Source: Batkoa obscura (Eukaryota). Taken from it: a stretch of DNA of 64,000 nt. The stretch covers positions 124,001-188,000 of the forward strand of contig JASVEC010000010.1 of the NCBI GenBank assembly GCA_030770535.1, written 5' to 3'. Below the pieces are notes generated by a model. It ran no database searches. It was not told the DNA's origin and saw nothing but the letters and a program-made list of their open reading frames with translations. This document shows positions 32,999-43,851 of the stretch, piece by piece; within the stretch, counting starts at the first letter, position 1, and every line of letters begins with the position of its first letter. The position numbers and the translations under genes were made by a program.

Positions 32999-35900
32999 GT
33001 GGGAGGATAAATGAGGATCCCCCTTCCACGAAGTTAAAAATTCCTCCTGATCCAGATGATAGCACTGGATTAGACCTTAAAGTTAATACGCTTTCAAAAT
33101 TTGACCCCTCTACCCTCATCCTAGCACTTCCTTCGCGAATTCGTGGTAGACCTAAAAAGAAAAGAGTTCCTGTTGTGGAAATCCCTAAAGTCATTCCACC
33201 TCGAATTTTCAAGCTACCTGATAACTCTATTAATGCTCCTGATTCGATTCCAATGAACGAGATCTCCAAACCTTACATCTCACAATTATCCGATTTATCT
33301 AAACTATCCCTCACACAAAGCGAACTAGATAACACGCATCAGTGGTTAACCAATGTTACGATCCCAATCCCGCTAGACAAGATCTTAACTGGAGAATCAG
33401 ACTTAGCAATTGCATTTAGAAAAATTATTAGAGAATACCAGAATCCAAATAAACAGATTCTTTTAGTAAACCTCGATGACAAAGCTAACTCCATCGATTG
33501 TACTTACATCAATGCGTCAATTTATAAAAAGAATGTACGCATCATATTAGATAGTGGAGCTCCTATCAATTTCATATCGAGTCGTCTGGTAAAACGATTA
33601 TCCTTTAAACCAGATATAGATTGCTCAGACACCTTTGGTACAGCTGGAACTGGAACTACTACAGCGCTAGGAGCATACTCATCAATACCAATCAAATTTG
33701 GAAAACTAACCTTAGCCTTTCCAGCAATAGTATTAGAAAGTGAAGGTTATGACTTCCTCCTAGGCACCGAATTCTTTGTGAAACACGGTTGTCAATTGTT
33801 GTACGATCAAAATATCTTAAAAATATTAGATCAATCCATCCCAATGTACTACAATAAACCAAGAGACCTATCTATCAATATGATAAACAATAAATCTCCT
33901 GGCTGCCGTATAATGAACTATCGGACCAACAATAAATTAATTGATGTCACTCTCTGCGGATCAGAATCCGTAATTCATCAATATCCAGAGATAGCATATA
34001 AACAGTCTGGAATTCCCGTTATTTCTCCTAAGAACTTATTAATACCGCCTAAGTCACAGATAGTATTAGATACTGAGATCTCACTATGGATACCTAAGGA
34101 ATTCCATTTATCTATATATAGTATAGAAGGTGTCTCACAATTAGAACCACTAACTATGCCCGGAATTTTAGGCAACAACATGAATGAGACTATCAAGTTA
34201 TTACTTGCAAACATTACCAAAAAAGAAATCAATATCTCTAGAGGCCAACAGATTGGCACGATATACGTAGAAAACAACGCCTTGATTAATACTTTCAGTA
34301 AATTTGCAACACTAGAAGAATTTCAAATTCACGAAGAGGCCCCAAATAACCAAGCCCTTTTTGTGGAAAAAGACACTATTAACCATCTAAACCAAGATGA
34401 ACAACTCCAATTTTATAAATTGCTGGAGGAATATAAAGACATATTCGCAACTTCAGAAGAAGATATTGGTTGCGCTCGCAATACTAAACATAAAGTATAT
34501 ACATGTGATTCATTACCCGTCGCAACTAAAGCATATCGTAAATCTCAATCTGAACTCAAAGCAGAACGAGAAGAAGTTCAAAAACTCTTAAGGCTAGGTT
34601 TAATCATTCCTTCAAATAGTCCATGGGCCTCCCCCCTTATGATCGTTAAGAAAAAAGATGGAACTAATAGAGTAGTTATGGACTATAGAAAGCTTAACAA
34701 AATCACAAAGAAAGATGTATACCCTCTACCCAGAATAGACGATGCGGTTGACCGATTACAAGGTGCTAAATACTTTTCAGCAATGGATTTAATCTCAGGA
34801 TACTGGCAGGTAGAAATGGATCCAGAAGACCAAGAAAAGTGCGCTTTAATAACTTCTGAAGGACTATTTCAACCAACTAGGATGCCACAAGGCCTTTCGA
34901 ACGCTCCCGCTACATTCCAGCGTCTTATGGATAATACACTAGGTGACCTTAAACTTTCGTGCGTATTAATTTACTTAGATGACTTGAATGTGTTTTCAAG
35001 AACTTTTATAGATCACTTAACTCATCTTAAAGCAGTATTTGAGCGCCTCCGTCAAGCCAATCTAAAGTTAAAACCAAAGAAGTGTTCATTCTTCCAAACT
35101 AGTTTGGAATTTCTAGGCTATAAAGTCTCTGACAAAGGACTAGCCCCTATTCCAAATAAACTAGATGCAGTGAAGGAGCTTCTCCCCCCAACTACGATGC
35201 GGGAGGTACAAGTATTCCTTGGATTAATGAATTATTATCGAAGGTTTATAAAAGACTTTTCGAATTTAGCTACCCCACTGTTCCAATTACTAAAGAAAGA
35301 AGTCAAGTTTCAATGGAAGGAAGAACACCAACAAGCTTTTGAAGAGCTTCGCAACAAGCTGCTTAACGCCCCAGTATTGATGTTTCCAAATTTCTCAAAG
35401 CCCTTCTCACTACATACTGACGCTAGTCTAACTGCAGTTGGAGGTGTTTTAAGTCAACTCGATGATAACAATTGTGAACACCCAATAGCCTATACCTCTA
35501 GGACCTTGTCGAAACACGAAAGGAACTACACTACAACAGAGAAAGAATGCCTTGCAATTATTCATGCTATAAAGGCATTTAGACCGTATATCTACGGCAC
35601 TCACTTTACTGTTATTACTGATCATGTTTCCCTAAAATGGTTGTATTCAATCACTAATCCTGAAGGACGTTTAGCTAGGTGGGCTCTAAAACTACAATCG
35701 TATAGTTTTGATATAGTATATAAACCAGGTAAAGATCATCAAAATGCAGATGGGCTTAGCAGGTTACCCAGAATTTGTCTAGCTACCCCCATAGATGATG
35801 ATTTGTACAATCTATTGGGTAATAAAGATAAATGGCCGCAGCAGCAGCCTGAACTCAAACAATGGCTTGAGAAAAACGCTCAAAATATCATTGTAAGAGA

Positions 35901-37008
35901 TAATGCCTTGTATAAAAAGATTAAGGGAACATATATTCCATATATTAGGCCTTCTTCACGACTATCTGCATGCCAACAATTCCATGATGTAATCTGTGGA
36001 CATTCAGCCTTCCAAAAAACATACGATACTATGAAAGTCTCCTGCTATTGGGAATCAATGATACCAGATTTGGAAGACTTTATAAATAATTGCGATGTTT
36101 GCAAGAGGGAACAAAGTAAAATAAAAGCTACAGCCTATAAGTTTATTTTACCTAAACATGCATTTCACACGGTAAGTATAGATGTAATAGGTCCTCTCTG
36201 TGAGGCCTCCTCGGTAAGAGGGAACAAATTTATTGTTGTAGCTATCGACCATCTAACTAAGTGGGTTGAAGCAAAAGCAATACCAAATCAGACTTCCTTT
36301 CACATATCTAAATTTATATACGAGGATATTATTTGTAGGCATGGAAGCCCTCAGGTGATACTTACTGATAACGCTGCCAATTTTGTTAACCTGGTTCTCC
36401 CGAAATTAGCTAGACTAATGGCCATAAAGCATTCTACTGCAGCTCCATATCATCCTGAAACTAACGGAATGGTTGAGAGAGTAAACGGTACACTAGTACG
36501 TATATTAAGGAAGCTGGCTTTCGATAAAACTAGCTCTTGGGATGAATATCTACATTCTGCTATTTTAGCATATAGATATTCAGTACATAGTATTACCAAA
36601 AAATCCCCTTTTGTTATGCTTTATGGGAGACATCCGGGACTCCCCATATCATTCGCTCCTTTGATAGTTAGACAAGAAGAGATGAGTCCTGACATGTACT
36701 TGCTTAAGCTAACAAAAAAACTAATAGCTATCCAAGTTGACGCCTTTAATGCATTGACAGACTCGAAAACAAGGAGGTATCGACAAGACATTTCTCGACT
36801 TCCTCGTCTAGCTGTCTTCAAAGTAGGTGATATCGTTCATCTGTACCCTTCCTATAATCAATCTAGAAAAAATAAACTAGCATTGAAATGGGATGGACCA
36901 TATGAAGTCATACATAAACACTTGTATGATAGCTATTCAATTAAACATAAACGAACAAGCGTTATATATAACCGAGTCCATGCCAAGTTTCTCAAATCAG
37001 CAATGTGA
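32992..37008 (+). CDS. pol: Pol (protease, dUTPase-like insert, RT, RNase H, integrase with GPY/F domain), probably expressed by -1 frameshift
   Basis: The -1 frame is open from 32992. Motifs: ILDSGA; SPWASP, DYRKLN, YPLPRID, YLDD; TDAS, TEKECLA; HHCC; DVIG/TDN/NGMVE; KWDGPY. No chromodomain. Confidence 0.95.
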   Translation, partial: LLSGRINEDPPSTKLKIPPDPDDSTGLDLKVNTLSKFDPSTLILALPSRIRGRPKKKRVPVVEIPKVIPPRIFKLPDNSINAPDSIPMNEISKPYISQLSDLSKLSLTQSELDNTHQWLTNVTIPIPLDKILTGESDLAIAFRKIIREYQNPNKQILLVNLDDKANSIDCTYINASIYKKNVRIILDSGAPINFISSRLVKRLSFKPDIDCSDTFGTAGTGTTTALGAYSSIPIKFGKLTLAFPAIVLESEGYDFLLGTEFFVKHGCQLLYDQNILKILDQSIPMYYNKPRDLSINMINNKSPGCRIMNYRTNNKLIDVTLCGSESVIHQYPEIAYKQSGIPVISPKNLLIPPKSQIVLDTEISLWIPKEFHLSIYSIEGVSQLEPLTMPGILGNNMNETIKLLLANITKKEINISRGQQIGTIYVENNALINTFSKFATLEEFQIHEEAPNNQALFVEKDTINHLNQDEQLQFYKLLEEYKDIFATSEEDIGCARNTKHKVYTCDSLPVATKAYRKSQSELKAEREEVQKLLRLGLIIPSNSPWASPLMIVKKKDGTNRVVMDYRKLNKITKKDVYPLPRIDDAVDRLQGAKYFSAMDLISGYWQVEMDPEDQEKCALITSEGLFQPTRMPQGLSNAPATFQRLMDNTLGDLKLSCVLIYLDDLNVFSRTFIDHLTHLKAVFERLRQANLKLKPKKCSFFQTSLEFLGYKVSDKGLAPIPNKLDAVKELLPPTTMREVQVFLGLMNYYRRFIKDFSNLATPLFQLLKKEVKFQWKEEHQQAFEELRNKLLNAPVLMFPNFSKPFSLHTDASLTAVGGVLSQLDDNNCEHPIAYTSRTLSKHERNYTTTEKECLAIIHAIKAFRPYIYGTHFTVITDHVSLKWLYSITNPEGRLARWALKLQSYSFDIVYKPGKDHQNADGLSRLPRICLATPIDDDLYNLLGNKDKWPQQQPELKQWLEKNAQNIIVRDNALYKKIKGTYIPYIRPSSRLSACQQFHDVICGHSAFQKTYDTMKVSCYWESMIPDLEDFINNCDVCKREQSKIKATAYKFILPKHAFHTVSIDVIGPLCEASSVRGNKFIVVAIDHLTKWVEAKAIPNQTSFHISKFIYEDIICRHGSPQVILTDNAANFVNLVLPKLARLMAIKHSTAAPYHPETNGMVERVNGTLVRILRKLAFDKTSSWDEYLHSAILAYRYSVHSITKKSPFVMLYGRHPGLPISFAPLIVRQEEMSPDMYLLKLTKKLIAIQVDAFNALTDSKTRRYRQDISRLPRLAVFKVGDIVHLYPSYNQSRKNKLALKWDGPYEVIHKHLYDSYSIKHKRTSVIYNRVHAKFLKSAM

Positions 37009-37094
37009 TTCAATGAATACAATTTGTAACTAGTCAAATTCCATCTCATAGGTTCTCGGTAAGTAAGCCATAAAAATTCACTATATCAAATCAT

Positions 37095-37105
37095 AGGGAG
37101 GGAAA
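37095..37105 (+). promoter_or_regulatory. Polypurine tract
   Basis: AGGGAGGGAAA immediately before the 3' LTR. Confidence 0.85.
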
Positions 37106-37505
37106 TGTGAAATATCGCTTTGTCAGTCCCATGGTTAATTATTTTGATTTGTTATGAGAATTTCTAGTTCCACCCAAAAGAATATTATCTTCTCATTTTG
37201 ATACTTATACTTTTCAGAGTATAAAAGAGTTTACAGAATATAATAGTTCGAGGCTTTTTAACTGAATTAATCCCTGATATCTCGAACATTTAATAAAGCC
37301 ACTAAGTTTTCTTAATAGTATTTTACATAGATTTTACATTAGTATTGTCTATTCTATTTGTCTTATATAGCTTGTAACCTATTACGTGCTATTCCTCATA
37401 ACCCAAGTCTATCTTAGTCACATAAACTAAGACCTTTTGACTTATAGTGTAGTCAACCCAGCAATAGCTGTTCTTGACTCCAAACCCTGAGTACCAGATT
37501 TCACA
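37106..37505 (+). repeat. 3' LTR
   Basis: Identical by eye to the 5' LTR; followed by TSD CCTC. Confidence 0.96.
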
Positions 37506-37673
37506 CCTCACAACAAGAAAAGCATTAGCTAGAGAATGAGATAACTTTAGTGATATTTATATATTACTGATCATATAAAACTTATTAACTTGTTTATACT
37601 AAAAGCTGATCTACTACTATTATTGTTTAACTTTAAAAAATTGATTCAAATTTATAATTAAGAAACAACAAAT

Positions 37674-37772
37674 GGGGGTGTTTTTTTAGACTTCATTACT
37701 TTTTCCATTTTTTAAGCACTGTTTGGACAGAAAATTTGTTAGTAAAATTCTTAAACACAAAGATACATCCCC
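37674..37772. mobile_element. MITE
   Basis: AAAT-GGGGGTGTT...GATACATCCCC-GAAT. Confidence 0.85.
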
Positions 37773-38365
37773 GAATAAAAACTTAACTATCTAAAATGAT
37801 TAAATTATGATTTAGTGATATCCCTGAATTAATTTCATTTTCTTATCCAATTTTTGAAAATTTTATATTTTAAAAACTTTGCTCAAAATCCTGTAAATAA
37901 ATTCTCTATTAAAAACTAAAAGTACCCATGACACAGCTTTAAATTATTTTATTATAATCTAGTGAGTTTCTATTAAATTTGATAGAAATTCCTAGGTTGG
38001 TAAGGGTTCTATTAATATGACCTATATACTACTGATATTGATATTAGTCGAAGCTGTATGTAAATATATACATATTCCTATAAAGCTTCACTGAAAACAT
38101 TTATTAGCTGCTTTGGAGTTGATATTGCAGATTTGCTATTAAATAAATAAATAAATAATTTTAATGTTGTAATTACATCATTAGTATATTACTAAGTTAA
38201 TAAGTAACTATATAGGAGGAAGTGATTAACCCCAAAACTATGACTAACCATCCTTATATAATACAAGTAGTATAATAATTTTCATTTGTTATTATAGTTA
38301 CTTGCTTTTTGATTATTTACTAAATTAAATATTGGTAATTCAAACAATATTAATATTCAATAGTT

Positions 38366-38459
38366 AAGAGTGTATTTTTTTGTTTAAGAATTTTACTAAC
38401 AGTTTTTCGAGTCAAGTAACACTTGGGAAACGAAAAAAGTGAAACCAAAAAACATCACT
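38366..38459. mobile_element. Degraded MITE
   Basis: GAGTGTATTTTTTGTTTAAGAATTTTACTAAC...GAAACCAAAAAACATCAC. Confidence 0.7.
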
Positions 38460-38678
38460 AAATCATGATTTGATATTTCAGATAAATAGACAAAATTTAT
38501 TTTGTTTATTGTTTTTTTAAAAATATCAAATACTAAATCTTAATACTGATACAGCTTATTTATTATAATAATTAAAGTTTATTAGATCTGGGTCTGTTCT
38601 TGTTTACATATTTTATCTAAAGACCAAAATTATTATATAACTTTTATTATTTAATTTTTTGATGATTTTATTAAATAT

Positions 38679-39140
38679 TGTGAAATATCGCTTTGTCAGC
38701 CCCATGATTAATTATAGCATAATAATCGCCTAAGCTGTTGTGTTCTTGAGTTCAGAGAAAATCAATCCCACGTTCTTAGTTTGATTTGCTATGAGAATTT
38801 CTAGCTCCATCCCAAAGAATATTATCTTCTCATTTTGATATTTATACTTTTCATGGTATGAAAGAGTTTGCAGAGTATAGTAGCTCGAGGCTTTCTATCT
38901 GAACTATTCCCTGATATCTCGAACATCCAATAAAGCCACTAGTTTTCTTAATAGTATTTTGCGTAGATTTGCATTAGTATTGTCTATTCTATCTGTCTTA
39001 TATAGCTTGTAACCTATTACGTGGTATTCTTCATAATCCAAGTCTATCTTAGTCACATAAACTAAGACCTTTCGACTTATAGTGTAATCAACTCAGCAAT
39101 AACTGTTCTTGACTCCAAATCCTGAGCGCCAGATTTTACA
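38679..39140 (+). repeat. Solo LTR of the same Gypsy family (462 bp, diverged)
   Basis: TGTGAAATATCG...AGATTTTACA, colinear with the 400-bp LTR plus an extra ~62-bp block near the 5' end; flanks ATAT/GTTG do not match. Confidence 0.93.
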
Positions 39141-39192
39141 GTTGTTATAAATAGTTATTAAAATTAATGTAAGTGAATTACAATGTCTATAT

Positions 39193-39290
39193 GGGGATGT
39201 ATTTTGTATTTAAGAATTTTATTAACAAATTTTCCGCTCAAATAGCGCTTAAGAAATGGAAAAAAATAATGAAGTCAAAAAAACACTCCT
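39193..39290. mobile_element. MITE
   Basis: ATAT-GGGGATGTA...AAACACTCCT-ATAT. Confidence 0.88.
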
Positions 39291-39679
39291 ATATAATGTG
39301 TTTGTATTAAAATTTTTAAAAATTCTATTTTGAAATTTAGTTATAAAACTTGCATTTTGTTTTTATTTTAATAAAAATTAATTTTTTAAACAAAACAATT
39401 AAAATGAGTTTTTTAAATTTGATTAATTACTTATTAAAGACTTATAAATTTAAAACTTGAAATTTGGACTAATTTTAAACTCTGAAACCAATTCGAACAT
39501 CCCCATTTATCTAGAATCATTGGAATTATTAGGATTATAGAATAAAAATTATCAATACCATTAATACACAATAGCAAATTAATAAAAGAAAAACTGGAAA
39601 TTCAAAAAGCATAAATTATAAGGATTGTAGATAAAAAGAATGTATTGATATATTTCAAAATAAAGTTAAAGTATGCCAT

Positions 39680-42015
39680 CTATTGAAAACCATGTGGTGG
39701 TATCATATTAGTTGTTATAAGTTCATTGGCTCTTTTAAGTGCAGCATCAAAGTCCCATTCAAATTCGCTTAAGCATATTTTAGAAAAAACCTCATTTAAA
39801 TTGGTTTGGCTCATAAGCGCAATCATTTTATCTTTTTGAAGTGGATCATAGTTTCCATTTAATTGTATGGTATTTTGAACTACGGGTTGCGCATGAGGAG
39901 TATGTTGAACTGTAGTTTGTGGTTGCACCTGAGCAGTATGTTGTACCGCAATTTGTGGCTGTATTTGAGTATTATGTTGGGCTACAATTGGTGGTTGAGG
40001 TTGAGAGGTATTCTGTATTAGGTTCCATGCTGGGTTGGATTCATAGTTACGTATTACTAAAGAATCACTTATAATTCTGAATTGGATTCCACCCAATTGT
40101 GCTGGAGACCCTTCTAAAGGAAGGCCGATTATGAAAAAACGATCGAAAGAATATGATTTATTCCTGTTTACTAATCAAATGTCAATGCTAAACTTGGTAG
40201 ATAAAATATTTAGTTACCATTTAAAAATTCGCCATGAATATTCAAACTGATAAAAGGTTTAGGTTCAGCAGTGTTGAGCGGTGCGAATTCAGTCAATAAT
40301 TGAGCCTCAACAGAAAATTTACTTGTATCGCTAAAAGGATGCATTGTTTCAGGAAGTTCTTTTAAACAATTAATAATAGCTTCGCCCCCAGTATATTGGC
40401 GAGAAACACGTTTGGCTAAATAAATTAGTATATAAAATTAACACATATATAAGTACTTACTATGCTCTTTGACGAATTTTAAATTACGATTGAATTTATA
40501 ATACATGCCAAGCGATTTTTTAGGGTCATAATTATTCTCGGTATATGGTATCATCAACGAAAAAAGAGCTTGGGAGTCATAATAATTGAATAGTTCTCCT
40601 CTATCCTTATCAAAAAGGGAGAAATAGTTGTAAAGGAAAGTATTAGCAGCATTTAAAGTCTGATCATCTGAAAAATAGTGAGGGGCAGGAGCTACTGGTA
40701 GGTCGATGCGGGAATTCGTTTGAGAAAGGGATGTGCCAGCACCAAATTGTAAATCGTTTTTAATTACTTGACCATCAATGAGTTTAATTGCTGGAAATAA
40801 TTTGCATATTTCTTTACGGTAATCAATTAAATTCACATCATTTTTTTTCATCTCTCTTTCATAAAGAGGATTACTAGATAAATGGAGTTCTTCAACAACA
40901 ATATTGTTTGCCTTTGCAAGATCCTCCAAATCTTTATAAGATGTAAAATTATTTTGTTTTAATGAAAAGCACTTAATCTCTGGGAAAAAATCTCCAAGGT
41001 ATTTAAGACAGTTCGTATCAGCGAGCCTATTAGAATCAAGGATAATTGCCCTGGGCTAAATACAAATATAAATATATATTACTTTACTATTAATTCCTAC
41101 AATACCTGACATCTAAGCAACTTCGCTGCTTTAAAAAAGAGTCTAGGAACTCCTGAATCTCTCCCCAGTTTATTAAACGACTTTATCTTATTATCTGATA
41201 ATAGTCTATCTTCATTCATTTTAGAAAAATCCAATATATGTGAATTTGGATCAAAGCGGTTGGTGATAAATTGTTTAAGTACTTCTAGTTTTTTTTCCTT
41301 GGCTAAAATGTCTTCAGAAGAATCGGATCTTTCTTTGGTTACAAAAATCTAAATGAATTATTAAAATAGATAAAATAAATTTTATACTGTGTTACCTTGG
41401 ACTTTTTATGAGCTCGGCCGTGCAATTTCAATACTTCACTTGCTTGTTTCATGTTCTGAACTATTACGCTAAAAGTACCATTCTCTTCTTTAGTCTAAAT
41501 AATCATTAACTGTACATTAAAATTTGAGTTTGAGAAGTTACCTCAAGTATTTTTATTGTCCCACGGGTATTATCCTCGATATACTTGATCAGTTCACCAG
41601 CACTTGAATTTTTGAAGCCACGAATCTTTAAACGTTATTATATTGTATTTTTTATAAAACAATCCTATTTACCTTTAAAGTTTGTTTCACATTATCCTGA
41701 GATTTTTTACCATGAAAATTGTTTCCTCTTGGTCTACCACCGTATGGTGTACTTTAAAATGTAAGTGAATAGTTTATTAAATGTGAAGTTTAGTTACTTT
41801 GTATTACGGTGTCCTGCTGGTCTCATTATTAAATCTCCATCTTCATCATATTCTGGTTGGTTTGAAGTGCCCTCTCTCTGAAGGCTTCTATTTGCGTTAT
41901 TAAAACTACGTCCAAAGCTTCCACCTCTCCCACGTCCTCTTCCACGCCCTCCTCCACGCCACGAACCTTCTCCTCTATCATTAAATTTTGTGCTAGAATT
42001 GCCCTGCCAATCCAT
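39680..42015 (-). CDS. MEX67: mRNA export factor Mex67/NXF1 (multi-exon)
   Basis: RGG-rich N-terminus; LRR (EELHLSSNPL...LFPAIKLIDG); NTF2-like (FLYNYFSLFDKDRGELFNYYDSQALFSL); C-terminal UBA/TAP-C (SQTNLNEVFSKICLSEFEWDFDAA...IPPHGF). Several short GT-AG introns; exon boundaries not all resolved. Confidence 0.88.
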
Positions 42016-43851
42016 TTCTAAAAAATACAAAGCTAGATTATAACTTTATGGGTTAAATATAACAGCCGAGTTAGCCAATCAAGTAAAATTTTGCTACAAA
42101 TTTCTCAAAAGGTACTATTGAGTAAACGTAAATGGGGATCTACTTTTATAGCTATTAAAACTCAAATATGCAATTTCTCGCAGAATTTACTTAGTTACTA
42201 TTTGCTTACAATTTTTAGAGCTCAATCCTTATGTTTTAATGAAGCTATGTCTAAACTATCCTTAAATGAACAGTTAACTACTATATATAGACTTTAACAG
42301 TGTTACTGATAAAAAACTAAGCTGTTTAAATTATGAATTTCATACCCTTAAGCTATTATCAAACCCCAAAATATTTAAAGAGATACTGCGTATTCATTCA
42401 AGTGACTTATATAGTATTAAAAAAAGGAAGTATATAATTCATCCTATTACTTCATAATAACAGTAAGTGATATAAAGTTTAAGCTTAGATGTTTATTAAG
42501 ATTAAACTTATTGATTACAAAGCTTAGGCACGCAGTCAAAGGTTTTGTAAATTTCCACTATAATTTTTAAGTAATTTAGCTGAAGTTACCAATAAATATA
42601 GATAAAATACCATCTAATTTTATCTTCCTTAGTTTAGAGCTCAAATACAACGATTATTCAAAATGTTCACTGCCATGTAATTTCAAGCTAATGCCAATTA
42701 AAATTTAAATTAGTGTTAAGAGCAAAGTCATAAACATAAAAAACATCAGATTATTGGGTTCATTAAAAATAAGTAAAATATACGTCAATAAAAGGGAAAG
42801 AAGACAATGATCAAAACATTTGATAATGCTTTTAGTATCAAAATGATCAGCATCATTTTCTTATTCTATGTTTTGTATTTGCAATAGCCTAGTGCTTTTG
42901 TAAGAATAAAAGTAATTTAAGATAAACAAATAAAAATAAAGCAGTCCAATAAAAATGAATGAAAGAACTAAAGTATGGTGTACTTTGATAAACTCTGTTT
43001 TATTATGTTGCTATACATAAATACAAAAAAACAAAAACTGAATTAGTGAGCTATCGATATGATAAATTATTTAAAGCCTAATGACTTAAATCTTATGGAA
43101 AATCTCAACTCTACTTCACTTAGTTGGCATCACTCTTAATATTGTATAATTCAGTTTTTATTGATTACTATAACCATAATCTTGATAAGTACATGTATAG
43201 TTATAACATCCATGTATCTACCATTATTCTTTGGTCATGTTGTTACTAAATGTATCCAGTATTTAGCTACATGTTATAGTCGCAATTATATCAATGTAAA
43301 GTCTTTTGGGCCTTTAGCGCATATACGTATTACTTTGAGTTTCTAGGATTGGATTTGCTGTAACTTGTCTAGTTTCTTGTGAATTCAACCTACAATTACT
43401 ATGTTTAAATATAATAAAGTCAAATATATAATAATAGCTAATTTACATTTCCTTCGTCTCTATTATGTTTGTTTCAAAGATATAAGAATCTTTATACAAA
43501 GTTCTCTAATGTTAACAAATCAAAGGAAGGTATAGATAAGCTAGATTTTCTTGGTATGATATCGACCCTACAAGTTTTCTGGCTATCATAATTTTGATCA
43601 TGTTGCTTATAGCGATTTAATACTTGATAGATTAAAGCTTCCCTCAATCATAATTTTAATCTTTCACAATATTACTGAGCTTAAGTAATTAAATGTTCCA
43701 GTTTGTAGTTATTAAATAATCTACTGCGTATATTTAAAACAGACTGATCAAGATTAAATTTATTTATTAAAACTAAACAAGAAGGATTAATTATTGAATT
43801 AAATTTTTATTATAAATCCAAATAAATAATAAATCTAATACAATGCTTGTA

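Larger units (their letters stand above)
29953..37505 (+). mobile_element. Full-length Ty3/Gypsy LTR retrotransposon, apparently intact and recent
   Basis: LTRs 29953-30352 and 37106-37505 (400 bp, TG...CA, no difference seen by eye); 4-bp TSD CCTC; PBS; PPT; gag and pol ORFs in PR-RT-RH-IN order. Confidence 0.97.
38461..39504 (-). mobile_element. Decayed copy of the Sola-like transposon, interrupted by a solo LTR and a MITE
   Basis: Ends in TTCGAACATCCCC (TIR). The reverse complement of 39141-39504 matches the left end and ORF start of the 62725 element; that of 38461-38678 matches 63817-64000. Confidence 0.8.

Noticed and set aside
31592..36821. Short ORFs inside the retrotransposon (31592, 31947, 32675, 32925, 33978, 34397, 36621)
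   Set aside because: Antisense or off-frame shadows of gag/pol with no recognisable features.
37009..37094. Env or chromodomain after integrase
   Set aside because: Pol ends at 37008 shortly after the GPY/F motif, and fewer than 100 nt remain before the 3' LTR.
43120..43420. Possible trypsin-like pseudogene (ICAKGPKD on the minus strand)
   Set aside because: No GDSGGP or other catalytic motif; likely chance similarity.
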